Below, one piece after another: positions 7,527 through 15,404 of a stretch of DNA of 20,000 nucleotides. Under the pieces are notes generated by a model. It searched no databases. It was not told where the DNA came from and was given only the letters and a program-made list of their open reading frames with translations. The stretch lies in sequence record SRR31156797_4553; one strand, given 5' to 3'. The translations under genes were made by a program, and so were the position numbers. The first letter of the stretch is position 1. The number at the start of each line of letters is the position of its first letter.

Positions 7527-8225
7527 ATGAAAAAAGTGTCCATACTATTTGTTCTTTTACTTGGCTTTGTTGTTTTTCCGATGACAGTTTTTGCTGCATC
7601 TTCACCAAGTGTGAGCTATCAAACAAATATCCAGTCTCAAGGGTGGCAATCATGGAAAACAAACGGTCAGACGTCAGGGACCACAGGGAAAGCCAAGCGA
7701 CTTGAAGCAATCAAGATAAAAATTACTAACGAAAAATACAAAGGGAATATTGAATATAAAACCTCCATTCAGAAACAAGGCTGGGAAAAATCGTTTAGAA
7801 AAAATGGGACTCTGTCTGGTACAAGTGGAAAAGGACAACGGTTGGAGGCGATCCAAATCAAACTCACCGGTGAGATCGCTAAGTATTACGATGTCTATTA
7901 TCGAGTCAATGCACAACAATTTAGCTGGATGGGGTGGGCGAAAAACGGACAGTCTTCAGGAACGTCTGGCTTTGGTTTTCAACTGGAAGCAATCCAGGTC
8001 AAACTGGTGAAAAAAGGTGGGAAAGCACCTGGAACGACGAATGATGCATTTAGAGATGGACTGAAAAAATATGTAGACAAACGGGGCAAAGGGCTGATCA
8101 AAGGCTCCAAACAAAAGATTTATCATATACCGGGGAGTCAATATTATAATAAAACGACCAGTCCAATTCGGATGTTCAAGACAGAGGTGGAAGCCTACAA
8201 ATCGGGCTTTCGACCAGCTAAATAG
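7527..8225 (+). CDS. Secreted protein with three ChW (clostridial hydrophobic W) repeats and C-terminal Ada-like/'sunset' domain
   Basis: RBS AAGGAGG. Signal peptide ending VFA. Three Y....Q...W....NG..SGT.G....LEAI...L repeats. C-terminal IKGS..KIYHIPGSQYY.KT....MFKTE.EA..SGFRPA motif. Confidence 0.85.
   Translation: MKKVSILFVLLLGFVVFPMTVFAASSPSVSYQTNIQSQGWQSWKTNGQTSGTTGKAKRLEAIKIKITNEKYKGNIEYKTSIQKQGWEKSFRKNGTLSGTSGKGQRLEAIQIKLTGEIAKYYDVYYRVNAQQFSWMGWAKNGQSSGTSGFGFQLEAIQVKLVKKGGKAPGTTNDAFRDGLKKYVDKRGKGLIKGSKQKIYHIPGSQYYNKTTSPIRMFKTEVEAYKSGFRPAK
7611..8006 (+). repeat. Three tandem ChW protein repeats (aa ~29-66, 75-113, 123-160)
   Basis: SGTTGKAKRLEAIKI / SGTSGKGQRLEAIQI / SGTSGFGFQLEAIQV. 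Confidence 0.8.
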
Positions 8226-8346
8226 AGGTGTAGCAGGCATTCGCTGAGTAAACATCTATGAGAAATTGCTTTACCAAAAAGGTAACGAGGCAACGAGAAG
8301 AGAGCTATTTTTGATCAAAAAGTAACTGAATCGTCTGATTCATTCT

Positions 8347-8381
8347 AAACATCCCTTTCCGTTAGCGAAAAGGGATGTTTT
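8347..8381 (+). terminator. Intrinsic terminator downstream of ChW gene
   Basis: AAACATCCCTTT...AAAGGGATGTTT stem ending in TTTT. Confidence 0.7.
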
Positions 8382-8751
8382 ACGTATTCAAGATGATTTC
8401 TGTGCGTAGATCCGACGAATCTTAAAGTAATTCAGCACTTAACCTTTCATCACGAGATGCGCCTTGATTTAGCGAGGTTTCAACACAAAGCCACCATCTT
8501 CATCGTTCATTTCTTCGGTAGGCGTAAAAATAATATTTTTGCCATCTCTTTCAAGGTTAAAGATTGAATCACAAGCTATTAGGAAATCTGACGATGGATG
8601 ATTCATTGATAGTCGAATAGGGCTAGAAAATGAAAGCTGCGAAGTGTTTCTTTGAATCAACGAATGAAGGAACAGAGGGAGCAATTCCATCTGCATAAAG
8701 TTTTGTCAGGTGATTTCGAGATGATTTGATGATTAAATGGCCGGTTTAACA

Positions 8752-8779
8752 TTGATATATGGCTATTAATGTGTATAAT
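8752..8779 (+). promoter_or_regulatory. SigA-type promoter for queT
   Basis: TTGATA-16 nt-TATAAT. Confidence 0.65.
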
Positions 8780-8796
8780 AAGTACTTGTGCGAAGC

Positions 8797-8840
8797 GCAC
8801 CGCGGTTCATCAACCATCCCGCGTAATCAAAACTCGGAGA
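8797..8840 (+). promoter_or_regulatory. preQ1-I riboswitch
   Basis: CGCGG-UUC-AUCAACCAUC-CCGCG stem-loop followed by A-rich tail UAAUCAAAACUCGG, directly upstream of a QueT transporter. Confidence 0.9.
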
Positions 8841-8853
8841 AAGTAGGGATCAA

Positions 8854-9363
8854 ATGGAAAAATCAACAAATCTAACCAATCAACGTTTGCGTGCCGTCGC
8901 AGCCAATGGGATCATTATGGCACTTTATGTTGCTGTAACGGTTCTAGTCTCACCCGTTGCTTCAGGAGCGATTCAATTTAGGATATCTGAAGGATTGAAT
9001 CACTTGGTCGTTTTCAACAGAAAATTGATGTGGGGTGTCGTTGGCGGGGTTATAGTGTATAACATGTTCTTTGGAATGGGGATCTTGGATGTCGTATTCG
9101 GCGGTTTCGGAAGCTTCTTGGCTTTAGGAGCAACTGCATTGGTATATAAGAAGATTCCAAATGTTTTCGTAAGACTGGCATTTAATACCATTGTTTTTTC
9201 ATTAAGTATGTTCCTGATTGCGATTATGCTAAATATCACCTTAGCATTGCCTTTCTGGCCAACATTTGCAACAACGGCATTGAGTGAATTTATTGTAATG
9301 ACGATTACGGCACCGGTGATGTATATCATCAATCGTGCCGTTCGCTTCGATAAGCGCGTGTAA
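8854..9363 (+). CDS. queT: QueT family queuosine-precursor transporter (ECF S component)
   Basis: IIMALYVAVT...ASGAIQFRISEGLNHL motif and multiple TMs. Preceded by a preQ1 riboswitch. Confidence 0.9.
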   Translation: MEKSTNLTNQRLRAVAANGIIMALYVAVTVLVSPVASGAIQFRISEGLNHLVVFNRKLMWGVVGGVIVYNMFFGMGILDVVFGGFGSFLALGATALVYKKIPNVFVRLAFNTIVFSLSMFLIAIMLNITLALPFWPTFATTALSEFIVMTITAPVMYIINRAVRFDKRV

Positions 9364-9369
9364 AAAAAG

Positions 9370-9448
9370 CTTGTTTTTTGCTTTGATGGTTCTCAAAAAA
9401 CAAGAAAAAAGATCATTCCTAAGAAATGAAGGAATGATCTTTTATTTT
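9370..9448. terminator. Tandem hairpins including bidirectional terminator between queT and cbpA
   Basis: CTTGTTTTTTG/CAAAAAACAAG (9370-9404) and AAAAGATCATTCCT/AGGAATGATCTTTT (9407-9443). Confidence 0.75.
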
Positions 9449-10085
9449 ATTCTGCTTTTAAGTCTTCGATCTCCACAACTTTGAAGTTTTTCGCTTCTAG
9501 TTGCGCAACGATCTTGTCGCATAATTCTTTTGATGTGTTTGCTGGTAAAGTGATCATCGTACGACGAATAAATTCGTCTTTACCGATGTCGAGAGTGATA
9601 CAGCTAGCGATACTGCTGTATTTTGCGATTATTTTTGAGATAACCGCTAAGTCGCCTTGTTGACCTGTTGATGCGATCGTCAACACATAGCTTCCTTGTT
9701 CAACGCTCCATGATTGTGACAACATATTCAATAAGGAACTATGAGTCAAGATGCCGTAAAATTGATTGTTTTCATCTAGTACCGCAATATAAGGCAATTC
9801 TTTGATTGTAAAGAAAACCTTAAAAAATGAAGAGTTGACATAAATGAACTTCGTCGCATTTTTTAGCAGATAGGTGACGGGTAAAGTCATGTCACCGCCA
9901 TTTGCTTTATGGCGATAGATGTGCATTTTATAAATATTTCCTCTAAAAATCTTTCCTGATTCATCTAGGATAGGCACACAACGATAACCAGACTCTTCTA
10001 AAATTGCCAGCGCTTCTTCTAAGGTAGCTGTTTCCTTTACCGTTGTTAAATCGCGTTTTTTGTAAACCATTGTTTTTAATAACAT
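9447..10085 (-). CDS. cbpA: Cyclic di-AMP binding protein CbpA (tandem CBS + ACT-like domain)
   Basis: Start ATG 10085 after GGGAGG. GYRCVPILD..G..FRGNIYKMHIY and ELPYIAVLD..FYGILTH CBS pair, C-terminal ACT-like region. TGGTATGAT promoter at 10120-10128. Confidence 0.85.
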   Translation of the reverse strand: MLLKTMVYKKRDLTTVKETATLEEALAILEESGYRCVPILDESGKIFRGNIYKMHIYRHKANGGDMTLPVTYLLKNATKFIYVNSSFFKVFFTIKELPYIAVLDENNQFYGILTHSSLLNMLSQSWSVEQGSYVLTIASTGQQGDLAVISKIIAKYSSIASCITLDIGKDEFIRRTMITLPANTSKELCDKIVAQLEAKNFKVVEIEDLKAE

Positions 10086-10171
10086 AATTTTCCCTCCCAA
10101 ATACCCATTTAACACCATTATCATACCACAAAATCAGCAGAAACTATATTTATACGACAGAAAATCAAAAA

Positions 10172-10200
10172 TTGACACAATCTTAAATAAATGGTATTTT
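10172..10200 (+). promoter_or_regulatory. SigA promoter for rpmG-secE
   Basis: TTGACA-17 nt-TATTTT with TG extension. Confidence 0.7.
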
Positions 10201-10240
10201 TAGTGTTGGAAAACTTTATAAAAAGGGGGAGGACACTAAG

Positions 10241-10393
10241 ATGGCAACGAAAAAAGCTGCTTTGGCTTGTTCTGTCTGCGGATCCCGCAACTATTCAAAA
10301 TCAGTCAGTGAAGGTAAAAAAGGCGAACGCCTTGAAATCAACAAATTTTGCAAGTATTGTAATCAATATACGTTGCATCGTGAAACGAAGTAA
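10241..10393 (+). CDS. rpmG: 50S ribosomal protein L33 (zinc-ribbon, CxxC..CxxC form)
   Basis: Read by hand (absent from ORF track): [58 protein letters not shown]. Confidence 0.96.
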   Translation: MATKKAALACSVCGSRNYSKSVSEGKKGERLEINKFCKYCNQYTLHRETK

Positions 10394-10405
10394 GGAGGGA
10401 ATCGA

Positions 10406-10576
10406 ATGAAATTTTTGAAAAATGTTGTTGAAGAAATGAAAAACGTTTCTTGGCCATCAAAAAAACAATTACGCAAAGATACATTTGTGGTGATTCAAAC
10501 AACCATTATTTTTGCATTGATGTTCTTTGTGATGGACACACTGATTCAAACGGTCTTCAATTGGATCCTAAAGTAA
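10406..10576 (+). CDS. secE: Preprotein translocase subunit SecE
   Basis: Read by hand: MKFLKNVVEEMKNVSWPSKKQLRKDTFVVIQTTIIFALMFFVMDTLIQTVFNWILK. EMKNVSWP motif, RBS AAGGAGG, and rpmG-secE-nusG order. Confidence 0.96.
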   Translation: MKFLKNVVEEMKNVSWPSKKQLRKDTFVVIQTTIIFALMFFVMDTLIQTVFNWILK

Positions 10577-10615
10577 CACTTCTTACTGATAGCGCTAGTC
10601 ATTTATCACAAATCG

Positions 10616-10668
10616 TGCTATAATCGCTTTGAGGAAAAACTTCGGTGCAGCTGAGGTTTTTTTATTTT
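10616..10668 (+). promoter_or_regulatory. Extended -10 promoter followed by weak terminator hairpin in nusG leader
   Basis: TGCTATAAT at 10616-10624. AAAAACTTCGG-TGCAG-CTGAGGTTTTT followed by TTATTTT. Confidence 0.6.
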
Positions 10669-10695
10669 ACAAAAAAGATGGGGAGTCCGAAAAAA

Positions 10696-11238
10696 ATGGA
10701 ATCTTTTGAAAAAAATTGGTATGTACTGCATACGTATTCTGGCTATGAAAACAAAGTAAAAGCGAACCTAGAGTCACGTGCACAAAGCATGGGGATGGGT
10801 GATTATATTTTCCGTGTCGTCGTTCCCGAAGAAGTAGAAACAGAAGAAAAAAACGGCAAAACCAAAGAAATCGTTCATAAAACATTTCCTGGCTATGTAT
10901 TAGTTGAAATGGTCATGACGGATGAATCTTGGTACGTTGTACGTAATACTCCTGGGGTAACAGGTTTCGTTGGCTCTCATGGTGCAGGAAGCAAGCCAGC
11001 GCCTTTATTACAAGAAGAAATCAATTCAATTTTACGTTCGATCGGTATGAGTACTCGGACAGTTGAACTGGAAGTCGAAATTGGCGAAACCGTCAAAATC
11101 ATCGAAGGTGCGTTTTCTGGTCTAGAAGGACAAGTAGCAGAAATCGATGAAGAAAAACAAAAACTAAAAGTGAACATCGATATGTTCGGTCGTGAAACCA
11201 GTACAGAACTTGATTTTGAGCAAGTAGATAAAATTTAA
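10696..11238 (+). CDS. nusG: Transcription termination/antitermination factor NusG
   Basis: WYVLHTYSGYENKVK, FPGYVLVEM, VRNTPGVTGFVG, and KOW domain ending MFGRETSTELDF. Start ATG 10696. Confidence 0.98.
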   Translation: MESFEKNWYVLHTYSGYENKVKANLESRAQSMGMGDYIFRVVVPEEVETEEKNGKTKEIVHKTFPGYVLVEMVMTDESWYVVRNTPGVTGFVGSHGAGSKPAPLLQEEINSILRSIGMSTRTVELEVEIGETVKIIEGAFSGLEGQVAEIDEEKQKLKVNIDMFGRETSTELDFEQVDKI

Positions 11239-11295
11239 CTGCTGGATAGACTAGCATGAACGGCTCATTTACGGTAAAATAACAGTAATGAGAAT

Positions 11296-11327
11296 AAAGT
11301 GGACCAATTCGTTGGCCCACTTTTTTT
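11296..11327 (+). terminator. nusG terminator
   Basis: AAAGTGGACCAA-TTCG-TTGGCCCACTTT plus T7. Confidence 0.85.
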
Positions 11328-11366
11328 CTCAAAATGAGTAAGCGCTTTATAAGAGGAAGGGGTCTT

Positions 11367-12857
11367 ATGTCAAAATTATTTGCTTTTTTTAGAGTAAAGT
11401 TTCACAATGATTTTCATCCCCATACTAAAGGGATGATCTCTGTACATAATGGGTATAGCTTGTTGTTTCTTTTTAATTTGCTGCTGTTTTTCTTTGCCAT
11501 GTTGTTTTTCGATCCAAGGGTGGCAGTCGAAGAGCTCAAGTTGATTTTATTTTCGGAAAGTCATCTTGTGACAGATTATATTGCTATGACTTCTGTAGGG
11601 TCGGCTTTATTAAACAGCAGTTTGATGACGTTTGTAGCGATCTCGATTTGCTATCATTATCGGGTGCCGATCACAGGAGGCGCGGTGTCTGCTATCTTTA
11701 TGGTGACTGGGTATGGTTTTTTTGGGAAAAATCTACTAAATTTTATCCCGATATTTTTAGGCGTCCGTCTGTATTCGTATTTTATGAATGAACCATTGAA
11801 AAAATTTCTGTTGATTGCCTTGTATGGATCGTCGGTTTCTCCAATCGTCAGCTATTTTGCATTCAATGACTCACTACCGCCTTATTTTAGCTTGGTGATG
11901 GGGTACGGTATTGGAATTTTTACCGGTTTTTTGATGGTTCCCATGGCCTTATATTTTCAAGGACTTTTTCAAAGCGTCAGTTTATACAGTGCTGGATTCA
12001 CTTCAGGAATGTTGTGTACATTAGTCGCCGCTATCTGTCGGATGTTTGGCCTAACGATTGAGCTAAGAACATTGGTGTCGCAAGAACAGCAGCCGCGTTT
12101 GATTCTCATGATGCTGGTTTTAGGAAGTGTGTTCGTAGGCTATGGGTCGCTGATGGCAATCAAGAAAAAACGATTGAATATGCGAGCGATTTGGTCTCAT
12201 AGTGGCAAAATCGAACGAGATATCTTACGTGATACCGGCGTTTATAATACGATGATCAACATGGGATTGATGACGTTTTTGCTTGTGGCATATGTCGTCA
12301 GTATTGGTGCGGTTTTAAATGGACCAGTTATCGGTGCGATCTTTTGCGTCATCGGCTTTTCTGCTTGTGGCTCTCATGTCTTTAACTCGCTGCCTTTATT
12401 GGCAGGGGTGACGATTGCCAATCTATTGAGCGTATACACCATCAACGAGACGGTTACAGTCACGTCAGCGATTTTTGCGATGATGCTCTGTGCAGTAACA
12501 AATGCCTATGGCTGGAAAGGCGGCTTGGTGGTCGGTTTTGTGCACGCCTCAATGGTACTGAATATTGATTTCTTACATGGAGGTTTGAATCTGTATAACA
12601 ATGGTTTTTCTGGCGGGCTAGTCGCCATGATGATCATTCCCTTATTGGATCTCAGCAAACAGCTTTGGCAAAAATCAGCCGATCAGGCGCAAGCTACCAA
12701 GGATGAAAAACCACAAATGGACTTGAAAGCACAAGAAAGCGAGCAGCCATTGGTCCCATTGGATCAAACAGAAGGAAAACCTAAATTTTCCGAGCCTGTG
12801 AAGGTATTAAAACCCGTTGCCCAAAAGAAACACTATAGGGTAGGCGAGTGGGAGTAG
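11367..12857 (+). CDS. DUF1576 family multi-pass membrane protein
   Basis: Duplicated halves with GFFGKNLLN..PI..GV / GFSACGSHVFN..P...GV and LYSAGFTSG / GGLNLYNNGFSGG. Start probably ATG 11367 (AGAGGAAGGGG upstream). Confidence 0.8.
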   Translation: MSKLFAFFRVKFHNDFHPHTKGMISVHNGYSLLFLFNLLLFFFAMLFFDPRVAVEELKLILFSESHLVTDYIAMTSVGSALLNSSLMTFVAISICYHYRVPITGGAVSAIFMVTGYGFFGKNLLNFIPIFLGVRLYSYFMNEPLKKFLLIALYGSSVSPIVSYFAFNDSLPPYFSLVMGYGIGIFTGFLMVPMALYFQGLFQSVSLYSAGFTSGMLCTLVAAICRMFGLTIELRTLVSQEQQPRLILMMLVLGSVFVGYGSLMAIKKKRLNMRAIWSHSGKIERDILRDTGVYNTMINMGLMTFLLVAYVVSIGAVLNGPVIGAIFCVIGFSACGSHVFNSLPLLAGVTIANLLSVYTINETVTVTSAIFAMMLCAVTNAYGWKGGLVVGFVHASMVLNIDFLHGGLNLYNNGFSGGLVAMMIIPLLDLSKQLWQKSADQAQATKDEKPQMDLKAQESEQPLVPLDQTEGKPKFSEPVKVLKPVAQKKHYRVGEWE

Positions 12858-12938
12858 AAAAACCGCCAATGTCATTTGTTACTTGTTTAACAAGTAGGGA
12901 GTGCTTGCCTTTTCGTCGTTGGAAATAATGGGAAAATG

Positions 12939-12986
12939 AAAACCAACCAAGAACAAGCAAAGATTGGTTGTTCTTGGTTGGTTTTT
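12939..12986. terminator. Bidirectional intrinsic terminator
   Basis: AAAACCAACCAAGAACAA / TTGTTCTTGGTTGGTTTT 18-bp stem between convergent genes. Confidence 0.85.
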
Positions 12987-13011
12987 ATTCGTGTTCATTT
13001 CTAAAAAAACA

Positions 13012-13884
13012 TCAACGATTGGCTTCTAAGATTTCTGCCTGTAGGCGTTGGGCAGTCGGTGTCATGGCTAGACCACCTTCAGCCGTTTCCTTGAAAATGC
13101 TAGGCATTTGTCGTCCTACTTGATACATCGCTAAGACCACTTCATCAGGTGGGATGACACTTTCGATTCCTGCTAATGCCATGTCGGCAGAGATAAAGGC
13201 CTGGGAAGATCCCAGGGCATTGCGCTTCACGCAGGGGACCTCGACTAAGCCCGCGACAGGGTCACAAATCAAGCCCATCATATTCTTGAGGGTGATCGCC
13301 ACCGCTTGAGCCGCTTGGTGGGGGGTGCCACCTTTTGCACAAACCAAAGCCGCCGCTGCCATTGCGCTAGCAGAACCGATCTCTGCTTGACAACCGCCTT
13401 CGGCACCGGAAATCGAGGCATTGTTGGCAATCACCAGACCAAAGGCGCCGGCTGTAAACAAAAAGTCGACTTGTTGCGCTCGAGTCAGTGCCAAACGCTC
13501 ACGTACGGCCATTAATACACCAGAAACAACACCCGCACTGCCGGCAGTCGGTGTTGCACAGATCAAGCCCATTTTCGCATTGACTTCGTTGACTGCAATG
13601 GCATTTTGGACCGCTTGTAGAATGGTTTCTCCGCTTAAAAAATCACCGGCAGCAAGGTAGTCGTTCATGCGAGTCGCATCGCCGCCGGTCAATCCCGTCA
13701 CCGATTTTACACCAGCGACACCTTCAGCGACTGATTGTTCCATAACAACTAAATTCTTTTCCATGATTGCAAGGATCTGTTCGCGACTACGACCAGTATT
13801 TTCTGCTTCGATCGCAATCATCATCTCTGCAACGGAAGGATAATTTTTACTTTCTATTACTAACTCTTCTATTGTATAGAACAT
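13012..13884 (-). CDS. sdaAA: L-serine dehydratase, Fe-S dependent, alpha subunit
   Basis: Start ATG 13884 after AAAGGAG. ICATPTAGSAG, SISGAEGGCQAEIG, GLICDPVAGLVEVPCVKRN, ETAEGGLA. Confidence 0.96.
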   Translation of the reverse strand: MFYTIEELVIESKNYPSVAEMMIAIEAENTGRSREQILAIMEKNLVVMEQSVAEGVAGVKSVTGLTGGDATRMNDYLAAGDFLSGETILQAVQNAIAVNEVNAKMGLICATPTAGSAGVVSGVLMAVRERLALTRAQQVDFLFTAGAFGLVIANNASISGAEGGCQAEIGSASAMAAAALVCAKGGTPHQAAQAVAITLKNMMGLICDPVAGLVEVPCVKRNALGSSQAFISADMALAGIESVIPPDEVVLAMYQVGRQMPSIFKETAEGGLAMTPTAQRLQAEILEANR

Positions 13885-13897
13885 GTGCTTATCTCCT

Positions 13898-14563
13898 TTA
13901 ATCAAAATACGCAGCGCTGTAAACGTGCGGCAAAACTTTGATTTGTTGCGCCAGCTGATCATTGCGCTGATCGACTTCGATGATCATGATTGCTTTATCA
14001 CCGACAGCTTCTCTCGTAACGGTCATCGTACCGATATTGATTTGAGCCTCTGATAGTAAATTGGTTACTTTCGCAATCATTCCCGGAACATCTTGATGGA
14101 CGATCACATAAGTAGGGGTACCCAGTGTCAGAGAAATTTTGAAGCCGTTAAGCTCTGAGATTTGAATGTTGCCACCACCGATCGAGATGCCAGTGACAGA
14201 TAGTTTGTGGCTACCTTTTGTCAAAATCATCTTGACCATATTCGGATGTTCCGCTTTTTCTTTTTTAGGGACGAATAAGACTTCGATCCCTTTCTCATAA
14301 GCGATTTTTAAAGAGTCCGCTAGGCGAGCATCATCTGGCTCCATGCCTAAGAGACCGCCAACTAACGCAATATCGGTTCCATGACCGCGATAGGTTTTAG
14401 CAAACGATTCATACAACAGGATATCTACACTGTCTGGCTGTTCGCCAAAAATACTGCGAACGATTTTTCCGATCCGGGCAGCACCGGCGGTATGAGAACT
14501 GCTGGGACCCACCATGATGGGTCCGATTATGTCAAATACACTGCGGTATTTTAATTGTTCCAT
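13898..14563 (-). CDS. sdaAB: L-serine dehydratase, Fe-S dependent, beta subunit
   Basis: Start ATG 14563 after GAGGTG. SVFDIIGPIMVGPSSSHTAGA, YRGHGTD, SIGGG, C-terminal ACT domain. TGCTACACT promoter at 14612-14620. Confidence 0.96.
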   Translation of the reverse strand: MEQLKYRSVFDIIGPIMVGPSSSHTAGAARIGKIVRSIFGEQPDSVDILLYESFAKTYRGHGTDIALVGGLLGMEPDDARLADSLKIAYEKGIEVLFVPKKEKAEHPNMVKMILTKGSHKLSVTGISIGGGNIQISELNGFKISLTLGTPTYVIVHQDVPGMIAKVTNLLSEAQINIGTMTVTREAVGDKAIMIIEVDQRNDQLAQQIKVLPHVYSAAYFD

Positions 14564-14740
14564 TTTTTTCACCTCGATAGTAGTAAACGAATAGGGAAGA
14601 ATTCCAGTAGTAGTGTAGCATAAAAAAATGAGAGAATGAAAAAAGCAGACCAAAAGCAAGTGATTTTTATTTCTTTTTTTAGCGATGGACTAACGAAAAG
14701 CGCTGGTGAGCATTTTTTCAAAAAAATCAGCTGAAAAACC

Positions 14741-14768
14741 TTGAATTATTCCATAAAGATGCTATAAT
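14741..14768 (+). promoter_or_regulatory. SigA promoter for rplK-rplA
   Basis: TTGAAT-16 nt-TATAAT with TG extension. Confidence 0.75.
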
Positions 14769-14821
14769 ATTCCAGTGTGCTTTCGTCACACGTTTTTTGT
14801 GTGTGCACATGAATCACCAAA

Positions 14822-14855
14822 GTGGGAGGAGAAATTTGGATCTCCAATTAACCAC
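14822..14855 (+). promoter_or_regulatory. L1-binding autoregulatory RNA site upstream of rplK
   Basis: GUGG-GA-GGAGA-loop-UCUCC-AAUUAA-CCAC asymmetric internal loop, resembling the 23S L1 site. Confidence 0.7.
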
Positions 14856-14881
14856 ATCACGGACTCAAGGAGGTATGTCTC

Positions 14882-15304
14882 GTGGCAAAAAAAGTAGAAA
14901 AAATCGTTAAATTGCAAATTCCTGCAGGTAAAGCAACACCAGCTCCGCCGGTAGGTCCTGCGCTAGGTCAAGCGGGTATCAACATCATGGGATTCACTAA
15001 AGAATTCAATGCTCGTACAGCTGATCAAGCAGGTTTGATCATTCCAGTAGTGATCTCTGTATACGAAGACCGTTCATTTACTTTCGTTACAAAAACACCA
15101 CCAGCAGCAGTATTGTTGAAAAAAGCAGCAAACGTTGAAAAAGGTTCAGGCGAACCAAACAAAACAAAAGTTGCAAAAGTTTCACGCGATCAAGTAAAAG
15201 AAATCGCTGAATTGAAAATGGAAGACCTAAACGCAGCTGACGTTGAAGCAGCAATGCGCATGGTTGAAGGAACTGCACGAAGCATGGGGATCACTGTAGA
15301 ATAA
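14882..15304 (+). CDS. rplK: 50S ribosomal protein L11
   Basis: GTG start after [34 protein letters not shown]. Confidence 0.99.
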   Translation: MAKKVEKIVKLQIPAGKATPAPPVGPALGQAGINIMGFTKEFNARTADQAGLIIPVVISVYEDRSFTFVTKTPPAAVLLKKAANVEKGSGEPNKTKVAKVSRDQVKEIAELKMEDLNAADVEAAMRMVEGTARSMGITVE

Positions 15305-15361
15305 TTACAGCCCTAAGGAAGTAGCTTCTCAGTCGGCTTCATATTGAAAAATATGGGACAC

Positions 15362-15387
15362 GTGGGAGGTTCTACCGTTATAACCAC
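15362..15387 (+). promoter_or_regulatory. L1-binding autoregulatory RNA site upstream of rplA
   Basis: GUGG-GA-GGU-UCU-ACC-GUUAUAA-CCAC immediately before the rplA SD. Confidence 0.75.
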
Positions 15388-15404
15388 ATCAAGGAGGAAA
15401 CAAA

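Noticed and set aside
8469-8696. 75-aa minus-strand ORF
   Set aside because: No SD, promoter or recognisable motif. Kept only as part of an unexplained spacer.
10191-10409. 72-aa ORF from the ORF track
   Set aside because: Out-of-frame overlap of the real rpmG gene (10241-10393).
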